Shown here piece by piece: positions 10,581 through 19,708 of a stretch of DNA of 64,000 nt. The stretch is from Candidatus Spongiisociaceae bacterium. Its GTDB lineage: Bacteria > Actinomycetota > Acidimicrobiia > Spongiisociales > Spongiisociaceae. The number at the start of each line of letters is the position of its first letter. Position 1 is the stretch's first letter. Position numbers and translations under genes: made by a program. The stretch lies in contig OZ241841.1 in assembly GCA_965202665.1 (NCBI GenBank), positions 1,996,189 through 2,060,188 of the forward strand, given 5' to 3'. The notes beneath the pieces are model-generated. The model saw only the letters and a program-made list of their open reading frames with translations. It was not told the origin of the DNA and ran no database searches.

Positions 10581-12375
10581 CGCCCGACTCCAACAGTCCC
10601 AGTTCCGCCGCCGACCGGATGGCGGAGGAGGCGGTGTGCCCCAGTCCGCAGATGGAAGCGTCCGCCATCACCTGCGCCACATCCGAGAACAGATCCCACT
10701 CCCACTCCCCTCCGGCCAGGCGCCGTTCCAGCAGTTCTTCCTGCCGCACCGTTCCCACCCGGCAGGGGACGCACTGCCCGCACGATTCGTCCCGGAAGAA
10801 ACGGGCGATGCGGCGCGCGGCGTCTCCAAAGTCGGTTCCGGGCCCGAACGCGCACACCACCCCCGACCCCAGGGTCGCCCCCCGGGCCCGGGCGTCCTCG
10901 AAGGTGAGGGGCATGTCAAACTGGTCGGGGTCGACGAACACCCCCGCCGCCCCGCCCAGCAGAACCGCCGCCGCCCCGCCCCCGACGGTTCCGCCCGCCT
11001 TTTCCAGCAACCCGCCCAAGGTTTCCCCGAACTCCACCTCGTACAGCCCCGGCCGCCCCACATCCCCCGCTAGGCAGAACAATTTGGTTCCGGTGGAATC
11101 GGGGGTTCCCACCGCCGCGAAGGCCGCCCCTCCCCGCAATACGATTTCCGGCACGTTGAGCAAGGTTTCCACGTTGTTAATGACCGTGGGCCGCCCGAAC
11201 AGCCCCGCTACGGTGGGGAAAGGGGGCTTGTTGCGGGGCTCGCCCCGCTTGCCCTCGATGGAATTCATCAGGGCCGTTTCCTCCCCGCAGATGTAGGCCC
11301 CGCCGCCCCGCCGGATCTCAATGTCAAACGCCCGTCCCGACCCGGCGACGTCGTTTCCCAGCAGGCCGGCCCGCCGCGCCCCGGCTACGGCCTTCTCCAT
11401 TCTTTCCGTCGCCAAAGGATACTCGGCCCTTATGTACAGGTATCCGATCTCCGCCCCCACGGCCAGCCCGGCGATGGTCATGGACTCCGTCAGGGCGAAC
11501 GGGTCGCCTTCCATCAAAACCCGGTCTTTGAAGGTGCCCGGCTCGGACTCGTCGGCGTTGCAGATCAGATAACGGGGGCGGTCGGGGGAGCGGGCCACCG
11601 CCTCCCATTTGATCCCGGCCGGGAAAGCCGCCCCGCCCCGCCCCCGCAACCGGGAGGCCTTGACTTCTTCGATAACCCGCTCCGGGCCGATTTCGATCGC
11701 CCGGCGCAGGGCCGCGTAGCCCCCCGTCCGCCGATAATCATCCAGCGAAAGGGGATCCGCCGTCCCTATTCGGCGCAGCAACCGCAACCCGGCCTCACCC
11801 TGTTGGGGAAGGGGCGGCGGGGCCGGGGGAGGGGGGGCTTCCGAGTCGAGGCAGGCCGCCACATAAGCGGCGTCGGCCCCGGTCGCGGCCAAGTCGCGCC
11901 TACCCGCCCGTTGGATGAAAGCGGCCGGGGCCCGGTCGCACTGGCCCAGGCAGGGGCTGGGATGGACATCGCCCCGCCCCCGCAGCGAAGCCAGAATCTC
12001 CGTACCGCCCCTCCGCCGGCACACTACGTCGTCGCAGATGTGGGCCACCCGGCGGGGACGTTCCGTCAACGACAGCAGAGCGTAGAAACTGGCCACTCCG
12101 TAGGCTTCCGCCGGGGGGACGATCAGCCGCTCGCATATGTAATTGAGGGCCCCCCGGCTGATCCAGCCCACTTGATCGGAAACGGCGTGCAAAGCGGGGA
12201 GCAACAGATGTCGTCGTTCGATCATGCGCCGGTATCCACCCGGGGCGGTGCGCATCATCGGCGAGGGGCCGGCCTCCCCGTTTTCGGCCGGGTTCGCCCC
12301 CTCCTCCGTTGCGGGCGCGCCCAAGAGCCGGTCGACCGCCTCCCGCTCCTCGGCGGTGGGGGCGGCGGACATCAA
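10573..12375 (-). CDS. NAD(H)-binding FeS flavoprotein, NuoE-NuoF fusion (FdsG/FdsB-like diaphorase subunit)
   Basis: N-terminal NuoE-like thioredoxin fold (LLPALHAVSDQVGW...HICDDVVCR). NuoF motifs GGAAFPAGIKW, ICNADESEPGTFKDR, CGQCVPCRVGT. Confidence 0.85.
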   Translation of the reverse strand: MMSAAPTAEEREAVDRLLGAPATEEGANPAENGEAGPSPMMRTAPGGYRRMIERRHLLLPALHAVSDQVGWISRGALNYICERLIVPPAEAYGVASFYALLSLTERPRRVAHICDDVVCRRRGGTEILASLRGRGDVHPSPCLGQCDRAPAAFIQRAGRRDLAATGADAAYVAACLDSEAPPPPAPPPLPQQGEAGLRLLRRIGTADPLSLDDYRRTGGYAALRRAIEIGPERVIEEVKASRLRGRGGAAFPAGIKWEAVARSPDRPRYLICNADESEPGTFKDRVLMEGDPFALTESMTIAGLAVGAEIGYLYIRAEYPLATERMEKAVAGARRAGLLGNDVAGSGRAFDIEIRRGGGAYICGEETALMNSIEGKRGEPRNKPPFPTVAGLFGRPTVINNVETLLNVPEIVLRGGAAFAAVGTPDSTGTKLFCLAGDVGRPGLYEVEFGETLGGLLEKAGGTVGGGAAAVLLGGAAGVFVDPDQFDMPLTFEDARARGATLGSGVVCAFGPGTDFGDAARRIARFFRDESCGQCVPCRVGTVRQEELLERRLAGGEWEWDLFSDVAQVMADASICGLGHTASSAIRSAAELGLLESGDG

Positions 12376-12383
12376 CCGCAGGT

Positions 12384-14284
12384 CTATGGGGAAACTCCGT
12401 GCGGGACCGCCCGCTCAATGCGCACCGCGGTGGCTTTGAACTCGGAGGTGCCCGATTTTGGGTCCCAGGCGTCGGTGGTGAGCAGGTTGACATCCGCTTC
12501 GTCCGGGTCGTGGCAGCTCATAAAAGCCAACCCGCCCGCAACGACCGATGGAAGAACACCGGAACGGCGATGGAACCCCGGCGGGAGATGACATTCACCA
12601 GCTCGCCTTCCCGCAGTCCCATATGCTCCCCGTCCTCGGGGGCGATTTCCACCGCCGCCGCACCCCGCAAGGGAGAGTCGTATCCCGCCGACTGCACCCC
12701 GGTGTTGTAGGAGTCCAAGCGGCGGCCGGTGGTGAGGCGGATCGGGTATTCCCCGGACAGGCCGTCGCGCGGGGGGGCCCAAGGGGCGGGTGTGAAAGAG
12801 GCGGGCGGGCGGGTCAGGGGGCGCTCCCACAGGTCGCCGTGCAGGAACTGCGTGCCGGGATGCTTCTCGTCCGGGCAGGGCCACTGAATGCCCCCGGACG
12901 ACTCCAACCGGGTATAGGACATTCCGCGGTGCATGGGGGACAGGCTGCGCACTTCTTCCCACACTTCCTCGGCGGAGGGGAAACCCCACCCGCGGCCCAT
13001 CCGTTCCGCCAACCCGGAGATGATGTCCAGGTCGTCCCGGGCCTGGCCGGGGGGGTGAAGGGCCCGGCGCACCCGTTGCACCCGTCGCTCCGAGTTGGTG
13101 ACGGTGCCTTCCGATTCGGCCCATCCGGCGGCGGCCGGCAACACCACATCGGCCATTTGGGCGGTGCGGGTCAGGAAAATGTCCTGCACCACCAGAAAAT
13201 CCAGGCCTTCCATAACTTCCCGGACATGGGCGGCCCGGGCTTCGGACTGGGCCGGGTTTTCCCCGATGATGTACAGGCCGGTCAGTTCCTTGCGTTCCAT
13301 CGCCTCCAGCATGAGGGTGAGGTGCCAGCCGATGCGGGGCGGGACGGGCGCTCCCCAGCGGGTTTGGAACGGGGCGCGGAGGTCCGGGTCCTCCACATCT
13401 TGGAAACCGGGCAGTTTGTTGGGTATGGCTCCCATATCGCCCCCGCCCTGCACGTTGTTCTGCCCCCGCAACGGAACCAGGCCCGAACCGTAACGGCCCA
13501 CATGCCCGGTGAGCAGGGCCAAGTTGATCAGGGACAGCACGTTGTCGGTGGCGTTGTGATGTTCGGTGATGCCCAATGTCCAGCAGATCTGGGCTGATTT
13601 GGCTGTTGCGTAATCGCGGGCCATCTGTTGGATGACGGCCGCCGGGACGCCGGTCACCTGCTCGCCGCGCCGCAAAGTCCACTCGTCCACCGCCGCCGCG
13701 TAGCCGTCGAATCCGGTGGTGGAGCGGGAAATGAAGTCCGAGTTATGCAGGCCGGCCGCGATTATCTCCCGTCCCACCGCGTTGGCTAAGGCGATGTCCG
13801 ACCCCACGTCGATTCCCAGCCAGGTATCCGCCCACTTGGTGGAGCTGGTGCGACGGGGATCCACCGCGTACATTTTCGCCCCCGCCCGCAAGCCCCGCAT
13901 CAGGTGGTGAAAAAAGATGGGGTGCGCCTCGCGGGCGTTGGAACCCCACAACAGAACCAGGTCGGTGGTTTCGATTTCTTGGTAGGAGGAAGTTCCGCCT
14001 CCCACTCCCAGCGCGGTCGCCAGACCGGCGACCGAAGGAGCGTGTCAGGTGCGGTTGCAGGAGTCGATGTTGTTGGACCCCATCACCGCCCGGGCGAACT
14101 TCTGCGCCAGGTAGTTGACCTCGTTGGTGGCCTTGGAGCAGGAAAACATCCCAAAGTCATTACCCCGGTGCCCGGACAGCCCGCGGGCCGCCTCATCCAG
14201 GGCTTGTTCCCATGAGGCCTCCGTCAACTCCCCGCCGCGTCGCACCAAAGGCGCGGTCAGCCGGACATTGTACGGTTTTGCCAT
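12384..14284 (-). CDS. fdhA: selenocysteine-containing formate dehydrogenase catalytic (Mo-bisPGD) subunit, with in-frame UGA at 14045-14047 and an apparent frameshift near 12540-12560
   Basis: ORF 14045..14284 ends ...NNIDSCNRT-TGA and continues in frame as HAPSVAGLATALG, the canonical C.R.U-H.PSVAGL selenocysteine site. ORF 12518..14005 covers the Mo domain. The canonical C-terminus (MSCHDPDEADVNLLTTDAWDPKSGTSEFKATAVRIE) is in the frame of ORF 12384..13682, which needs a 1-nt shift. RBS GGAGGTGAAAA lies before the 14284 start. Confidence 0.75.
14015..14033 (-). promoter_or_regulatory. SECIS element hairpin directing selenocysteine insertion at the UGA of fdhA
   Basis: On the mRNA strand: UGA + 11 nt + GGUCGCC-GGUCU-GGCGACC. 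The spacing and the GGUCU apical loop match the bacterial fdhF-type SECIS. Confidence 0.55.
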
Positions 14285-14345
14285 TTTTCACCTCCTTCCC
14301 CGGGAAATTTCCCGCGCCGGATTGGGGATGGGCTCCCCCCGGCTC

Positions 14346-16112
14346 TCAGAACAGGCCGACGATGCGCCCCTCCTCGTCCAGATCCACATCCATGTAGGCG
14401 GGTTTGGTTCCCAGCCCCGGCATAGTGCGGATCTCGCCCAGCAAGGGCACCAGGAAACCGGCCCCCACCGCCGCCCGCACTTCCCGCACCGGTACGGTGA
14501 ACCCGGAGGGGCGCCCTTTCAGGGTGGGGTCGTGGGACAGGGAAAGGTGGGTTTTGGCCATGCAAACGGGCAGGTAGCCGAACCCGGTGCGTTCCAAGTC
14601 GGCGATCTGCCCGTTGGCGGCCGGGGAGTACTCCACCCCGGCCGCTCCGTATACGTCGCGGGCCACGGCCTCTATTTTTTCCTTGATGGACAACTCCAGA
14701 GGATACAGGAAACGGAAATCCCGTTCGCCCTGCGCCGCATCCGCCACCGCCTCCGCCAAGCGCAAAGCCCCCTTCCCCCCCTCGGCCCAGTGGTGGGCGG
14801 TGACGGCGGCCGTCGCCCCCGATTCGAGGGCCGCCCGTTCCACCGCCTCCAACTCGTGCTGCGTGTCGGTGGGGAAGGCGTTCACGGCCGCCACCACCGG
14901 CACTCCGAAGCGCCGGGCGGTCTCAATGTGCGCCGTCAGGTTGCCCAAGCCGGCCTGCAGCAACGGCAGGTTCTCCTGGGTGTAAGCCGAATCCAATCTC
15001 CGCCCCGCCACCACCCGCGGTCCCCCCCCGTGGGTTTTCAAGGCGCGGACGGTGGCCACCAAAACCACCGCATCCGGCGCCAGCCCCGAAGCCCGGCATT
15101 TGATGTTGAAGAACTTCTCCATTCCCATATCGGCCCCGAACCCGGATTCGGTTACCACGTATTCTCCCAGATGCAGGGCCAGCCGATCGGCCAGGATGGA
15201 GGAGTTGCCGTGGGCGATGTTGGCGAACGGCCCGGCGTGCACGAAGGCCGCTTGGCCCTCCAGGGTTTGCATGAGCGTGGGATGCAGGGTGTCTTTCATC
15301 AAAACCGCCACCGCCCCCGCCACTCCCACATCGTCCAAGGTGATCGGTTCGCCGGCCTTGTTGCGGCCGATTACCACCCGCCCGCAACGTTCCCGCAGGT
15401 TGCGCAGGGCGGAGGGGTAATCGTTGCCGTCTGCCAAGGCCAAGATGGCCATCAGTTCGGACGCCACCGTGATGTCGTATCCGGTTTCCCGGGGGCGCCC
15501 GTCCAGTCGCCCGCCCAACCCGACCACGACGTTGCGCAGCGAACGGTCGTTTATGTCAACCACCCGCCGCCATTCGGTGCGGAACACGTCGATGTCCAGC
15601 CTTTCCAAACCGACCGCCTCCAGTTGATCATCGGACATGCGCCGTTCGTGGTACCAGCGGGCGTCGATGGCGGCCGCGGCCAGGTTGTGGGCGGCGCTTA
15701 TGGCGTGGATGTCCCCGGTCAGGTGCAGGTTGAACTCGTCCATGGGGACCACTTGGCTGTAGCCGCCCCCGGCCGCCCCCCCTTTGATGCCGAAGGTGGG
15801 GCCCATGGAGGGCTGGCGGATGGCGGCGACGGCCCGTTTGCCCAACGCCCCCAGGCCCTGGGTGAGGCCGATGGTGGTGGTGGTTTTGCCTTCTCCCAGC
15901 GGGGTGGGGGTGATGGCGGTTACGTCGATGTATTTGCCCGTCGGACGGGAGCCAACTCGTTTCAGGATGTCCAAGTGCACTTTTGCTTTGGCGTGCCCGT
16001 AGGGGATCAGCTCGTCCGGTTCTATGCCCACCGAGTCGGCGACTTCGGTTATCGGACGCACCCGGGCCGCTTGGGCGATGGCCAGGTCGGAGGGTACTTT
16101 GGCGTAGGGCAT
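14346..16112 (-). CDS. fhs: formate--tetrahydrofolate ligase
   Basis: GEGKTTTTIGL P-loop and Fhs-wide similarity. Start set at the internal Met (MPYAKVPSDLAIAQA) of the over-long ORF 14346..16445. Confidence 0.9.
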   Translation of the reverse strand: MPYAKVPSDLAIAQAARVRPITEVADSVGIEPDELIPYGHAKAKVHLDILKRVGSRPTGKYIDVTAITPTPLGEGKTTTTIGLTQGLGALGKRAVAAIRQPSMGPTFGIKGGAAGGGYSQVVPMDEFNLHLTGDIHAISAAHNLAAAAIDARWYHERRMSDDQLEAVGLERLDIDVFRTEWRRVVDINDRSLRNVVVGLGGRLDGRPRETGYDITVASELMAILALADGNDYPSALRNLRERCGRVVIGRNKAGEPITLDDVGVAGAVAVLMKDTLHPTLMQTLEGQAAFVHAGPFANIAHGNSSILADRLALHLGEYVVTESGFGADMGMEKFFNIKCRASGLAPDAVVLVATVRALKTHGGGPRVVAGRRLDSAYTQENLPLLQAGLGNLTAHIETARRFGVPVVAAVNAFPTDTQHELEAVERAALESGATAAVTAHHWAEGGKGALRLAEAVADAAQGERDFRFLYPLELSIKEKIEAVARDVYGAAGVEYSPAANGQIADLERTGFGYLPVCMAKTHLSLSHDPTLKGRPSGFTVPVREVRAAVGAGFLVPLLGEIRTMPGLGTKPAYMDVDLDEEGRIVGLF

Positions 16113-16265
16113 GGGCTTCCTTGCTGAGGATGCGTTGCGGATGCGAAATTTCATATTACCACGATACGGAACAGTTCCGCATTGCGGTACGGGCGGGTTT
16201 CCCGCCCGCAAACGCCTGCAAAAATAAAACCGGGATACTAGGGTGTAGCCAACTGGGCGGTTAGG

Positions 16266-17534
16266 ATGGGCAAGGGGGGCGAACATGCCGCGGGAGAGAG
16301 GAGCGGAGTGTCTGAATCTAACGGGGACGCTATCGTCCGCTTGGAGAACGTATATAAGATTTTCGGGCCGCAACCGCACGGTCGGGCTTTTGACCTGACG
16401 CGGTCCGGAGTCGGCAAAGACGAGGTGTTGCGGCAGTCGGGGCATGTGGTGGGCCTCAACGATGTAAACTTTTCAGTTCACCAAGGGGAGATTTTCGTGG
16501 TGATGGGTTTGTCTGGATCGGGCAAATCCACCGCCATCCGCACCGTCAACAAGTTGTTCCACACCACCTACGGACATGTGTGGGTGGACGGAACCGATGT
16601 GCAGACTTTGGACGGCAAAACCTTGCAATCGTTTCGCCGGGAGAAGATGGGGATGGTGTTTCAGCATTTCGCCCTCTTCCCGCATCGGACGGTCATCTAC
16701 AACGTGGGCTACGGGCTGAAAGTGCAGAAGGTGGACAAAAGGGACCGGGATGCGGCTTCTATGAAAGCGCTGTCCCTGGTGGGGTTGGAGCCCTACGCCG
16801 ACAACCTGCCCCGGGAACTGTCGGGGGGCATGCAGCAACGGGTGGGCTTGGCCCGGGCGCTGGCCTCCGACCCTGACATTTTGCTGATGGACGAAGCCTT
16901 CTCCGCGTTGGATCCGCTTATCCGCCGCCAGATGCAGGACGAGATGATGGAAATCCAGAACGAGTTGCACAAGACCATTCTGTTTATCACCCACGATCTG
17001 AACGAGGCCCTGCGCATCGGGGATCGGGTGTGCATCATGAAAGACGGAGCGGTGGTGCAAATCGGCACCCCCGAGGAAATACTGACCGAACCCGCCACCG
17101 GTTACGTGGCCGAGTTCGTCCAAGATGTGGACCAGGGGCGGGTAATCGAAGTGCGGGAGGTAATGACCCGGCCCGATCCGTTGCAGGCCGGAATGACCCT
17201 GACGGAGGCGGTGTCCCACATCGGGGACCGCACCGGGGCCTTCGTGGTGGATGGGGACGGCCGTCCCGCCAGCCTGCTCACCCTGTCCGACGCGTTGCGG
17301 GCCGCCGGGACGGGATCCTCCGACATGAGCGCCGCCCTGCGCCAGGACTTCGACCAGACCGACGTCCACACCTGCCTGAACTCGGTGTACGCCGCCGCCG
17401 GACGGGGGTTGCCGATAGCGGTGGTGGACGAGTCGGGGGTGTTGGTGGGCAACCTGGATCCCCGGTTGATCATGGAGGAGATGGGACGGGTGGAGCAACT
17501 AATCGACGGCTTTGAACGGGAGACGTTCCTATGA
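16266..17534 (+). CDS. proV: glycine betaine/proline ABC transporter ATP-binding protein with C-terminal CBS pair (ProV/OpuAA)
   Basis: Walker A GLSGSGKST, LSGGMQQRV signature, tandem CBS domains at the C-terminus. Alternative GTG start at 16308 with a GAGGAG RBS. Confidence 0.85.
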   Translation: MGKGGEHAAGERSGVSESNGDAIVRLENVYKIFGPQPHGRAFDLTRSGVGKDEVLRQSGHVVGLNDVNFSVHQGEIFVVMGLSGSGKSTAIRTVNKLFHTTYGHVWVDGTDVQTLDGKTLQSFRREKMGMVFQHFALFPHRTVIYNVGYGLKVQKVDKRDRDAASMKALSLVGLEPYADNLPRELSGGMQQRVGLARALASDPDILLMDEAFSALDPLIRRQMQDEMMEIQNELHKTILFITHDLNEALRIGDRVCIMKDGAVVQIGTPEEILTEPATGYVAEFVQDVDQGRVIEVREVMTRPDPLQAGMTLTEAVSHIGDRTGAFVVDGDGRPASLLTLSDALRAAGTGSSDMSAALRQDFDQTDVHTCLNSVYAAAGRGLPIAVVDESGVLVGNLDPRLIMEEMGRVEQLIDGFERETFL

Positions 17535-19708
17535 GTTGGATAACCAGGTTCGCCAATTTGCTGGCCCAGGCCGGCGGCGCCGAAGGAGTTGAAGGGGGGG
17601 TGGGAATTCGGGACAACAAATTGTTGGACGAGTGGCGCATACCTTTTGGCGACTGGGCCGAACAAGCGGTTTTCTGGATGGACAACAACCTGCAGACCCT
17701 GCTGGATATCGCCAACTGGCCTTTTGAAAGGATGATCAGCTTCCTGGTGCGGGACATTCTCAGCAACGTGTCCTGGGTGTGGGTGGTGCTGGTGATGATG
17801 ATCGTCGCCACCCTGGTGCGCAACATCAAAGTGGGGGTGTTCGTGGGGGTGTCCCTTTTCATATGCGGAATCTTGGGAGACATTTATTGGCTGGAGACGG
17901 CCCGCACTATCGGGTTCGTAGGGGTGGCGGTGGTGTTGTGCGTGATCGTGGGGATACCGATCGGCATCGCCTGCGGCCGGTTTGACGGCATCTGGAAGGT
18001 GGTGCGGCCGGTTTTGGACGCCATGCAGGTTATCCACTCCTTCGTCTATATGTTGCCGTTTATTTTCTTCTGGGGAATCGGCGAGGTGTCGGCCACGATG
18101 GTAACCATGGTGTTCGCCCTCCCTCCGCTAATCCGCCTCACCAATCTGGGAATCCGCCAAGTGCCCGCCGATGTGGTGGAAGCCTCCCGGGCCTACGGGG
18201 CTTCGGAACGGAGGGTGTTGTTCGATGTTCAGATTCCGCTGGCCCGGCCCGCCATTATGACCGGCATCAACCAAACCTTGTTGCTGTCCATTTCCATGTT
18301 GGGAATCGCCGCCATTATGGGGGCGGGGGGTTTGGGGCGCCTGCTGTTCCAAGCCATCAACAACCAGGACGTATCCCAAGCGGCCGCCGCCGGGTTGGCT
18401 TTCTTTTTGGTGGCGGTGGTGCTGGACCGGATGTCCCAGCGGGAGGAAACCGATTCCGCCAACCTGTTCCGCCGCATCCGCCTGGCTTGGGCGCACCGTC
18501 GCGACCCGGAGGTCCTGCTGGAGAATCAAGAGGCCTCCGCAGTGGTCAAGTTCAAGGAAACCCACCGCTACGCTCCGGTGACGGCCGCCGAGCGCCTGCC
18601 GATGGTGCTGGCCGTGGCGGGCGGCGCCTTGGCTTTGTTGTCGGTGTTTCTGCCTTGGACCGCCGATGCGGGCAAGATGAGCGCTTACGGACGATGGGCG
18701 GATCTTTCCACGGAAGGCGAGATGGCGGGGATGGTGTTCAGCGGTTTGCATTCCTCCGGAGGCAGCTGGTTCGGCATTTCCATTCTGTTTTTCAGCATTT
18801 TCGCCATTTTGGCGGTGATCGTAGGCTGGGCCCGTCCGGGGCGCGGTCCCCGCTGGCTGGCGGCGGATGGAGCGGTGATCGCCTCCTTGGGGATTTTGAT
18901 TCTGGCCGTCGCTCATTTGCTGGCCCGGCCCGCCTCCGCGTCCATTCCCAACGCTCTGCATCCCGGTACCGGACTGGGGGTGGTTTTGGCGTTGGCGGGG
19001 GGCTTGGCGGCGGTCGCCGGGTCCATTTGGTGGATGTGGTTAGCCGATCACACCCCGTTGCACCCGCTCCGCTCCGAGGTGGCTTGGGGCAGGTTGATCG
19101 GGGCGGGGGTGGCTATTTTGGTTTTGGTAATAGGAATGTTTTCCGGTTGGAGTTTCGACGAACGGGAACGGGAAATCATCACTCCGGAATTGCAGGCGCA
19201 GATCGATCAACTGATGTGGGAGGCGGAGCAACCGGGGGCCGACTTGGGGGCGATCGCCACTGAGTTGCTGGTGTTGCGGGCGAAGGCCATCCGTTCGGAG
19301 CGATTGGTAACGGACGGGTTGAGCAGCCAAGGACCGGGTTTGGGCCTGTGGGGGCTGATCGTCGGGGCGCTGGGGTTTTTGGCCAGTCTGTTCGCCATCG
19401 GCCTATTCGGTTCCGATGAACGAAGACTCTGGCATTGGAGCACGATTACGGCCGGGTTGGGGATGGGAGCCGCTTTGATCGGATTCGCCTGGGTTTTCAC
19501 CCATGTCCGGTCGGCCGACCCCAACTATCTGACCGGAATCGGGGCCTTTTTAACCATGGCCGGCGGAATGTTCCTGGTGGCTTCCAACATGTCGGTGCTG
19601 AAAGAGTTCCGACGAGCCAAGGTGTACGACGATCCTCAAGTTGAATCAGGGCCGGACGGCCAAGCGGCGGAGCAGACCGCAGAGGAGCGGGCGGAGGCCC
19701 TGGTTTGA
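17531..19708 (+). CDS. proW: glycine betaine ABC transporter permease (ProW/OpuAB) fused to a ~420-aa uncharacterised polytopic membrane domain
   Basis: N-terminal ~300 aa is a typical ProW permease with the EAA-like loop (EASRAYGASERRVLFDVQIPLARP). The remainder is hydrophobic helices with no motif I recognise. Start overlaps the proV stop. Confidence 0.75.
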   Translation: MSWITRFANLLAQAGGAEGVEGGVGIRDNKLLDEWRIPFGDWAEQAVFWMDNNLQTLLDIANWPFERMISFLVRDILSNVSWVWVVLVMMIVATLVRNIKVGVFVGVSLFICGILGDIYWLETARTIGFVGVAVVLCVIVGIPIGIACGRFDGIWKVVRPVLDAMQVIHSFVYMLPFIFFWGIGEVSATMVTMVFALPPLIRLTNLGIRQVPADVVEASRAYGASERRVLFDVQIPLARPAIMTGINQTLLLSISMLGIAAIMGAGGLGRLLFQAINNQDVSQAAAAGLAFFLVAVVLDRMSQREETDSANLFRRIRLAWAHRRDPEVLLENQEASAVVKFKETHRYAPVTAAERLPMVLAVAGGALALLSVFLPWTADAGKMSAYGRWADLSTEGEMAGMVFSGLHSSGGSWFGISILFFSIFAILAVIVGWARPGRGPRWLAADGAVIASLGILILAVAHLLARPASASIPNALHPGTGLGVVLALAGGLAAVAGSIWWMWLADHTPLHPLRSEVAWGRLIGAGVAILVLVIGMFSGWSFDEREREIITPELQAQIDQLMWEAEQPGADLGAIATELLVLRAKAIRSERLVTDGLSSQGPGLGLWGLIVGALGFLASLFAIGLFGSDERRLWHWSTITAGLGMGAALIGFAWVFTHVRSADPNYLTGIGAFLTMAGGMFLVASNMSVLKEFRRAKVYDDPQVESGPDGQAAEQTAEERAEALV

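Noticed and set aside
14045-14047. TGA treated as a genuine stop splitting the formate dehydrogenase into a 79-aa peptide and a separate Mo-domain gene
   Set aside because: The downstream frame continues without a start context into the universally conserved U-H.PSVAGL motif. A SECIS-like hairpin sits at the canonical distance.
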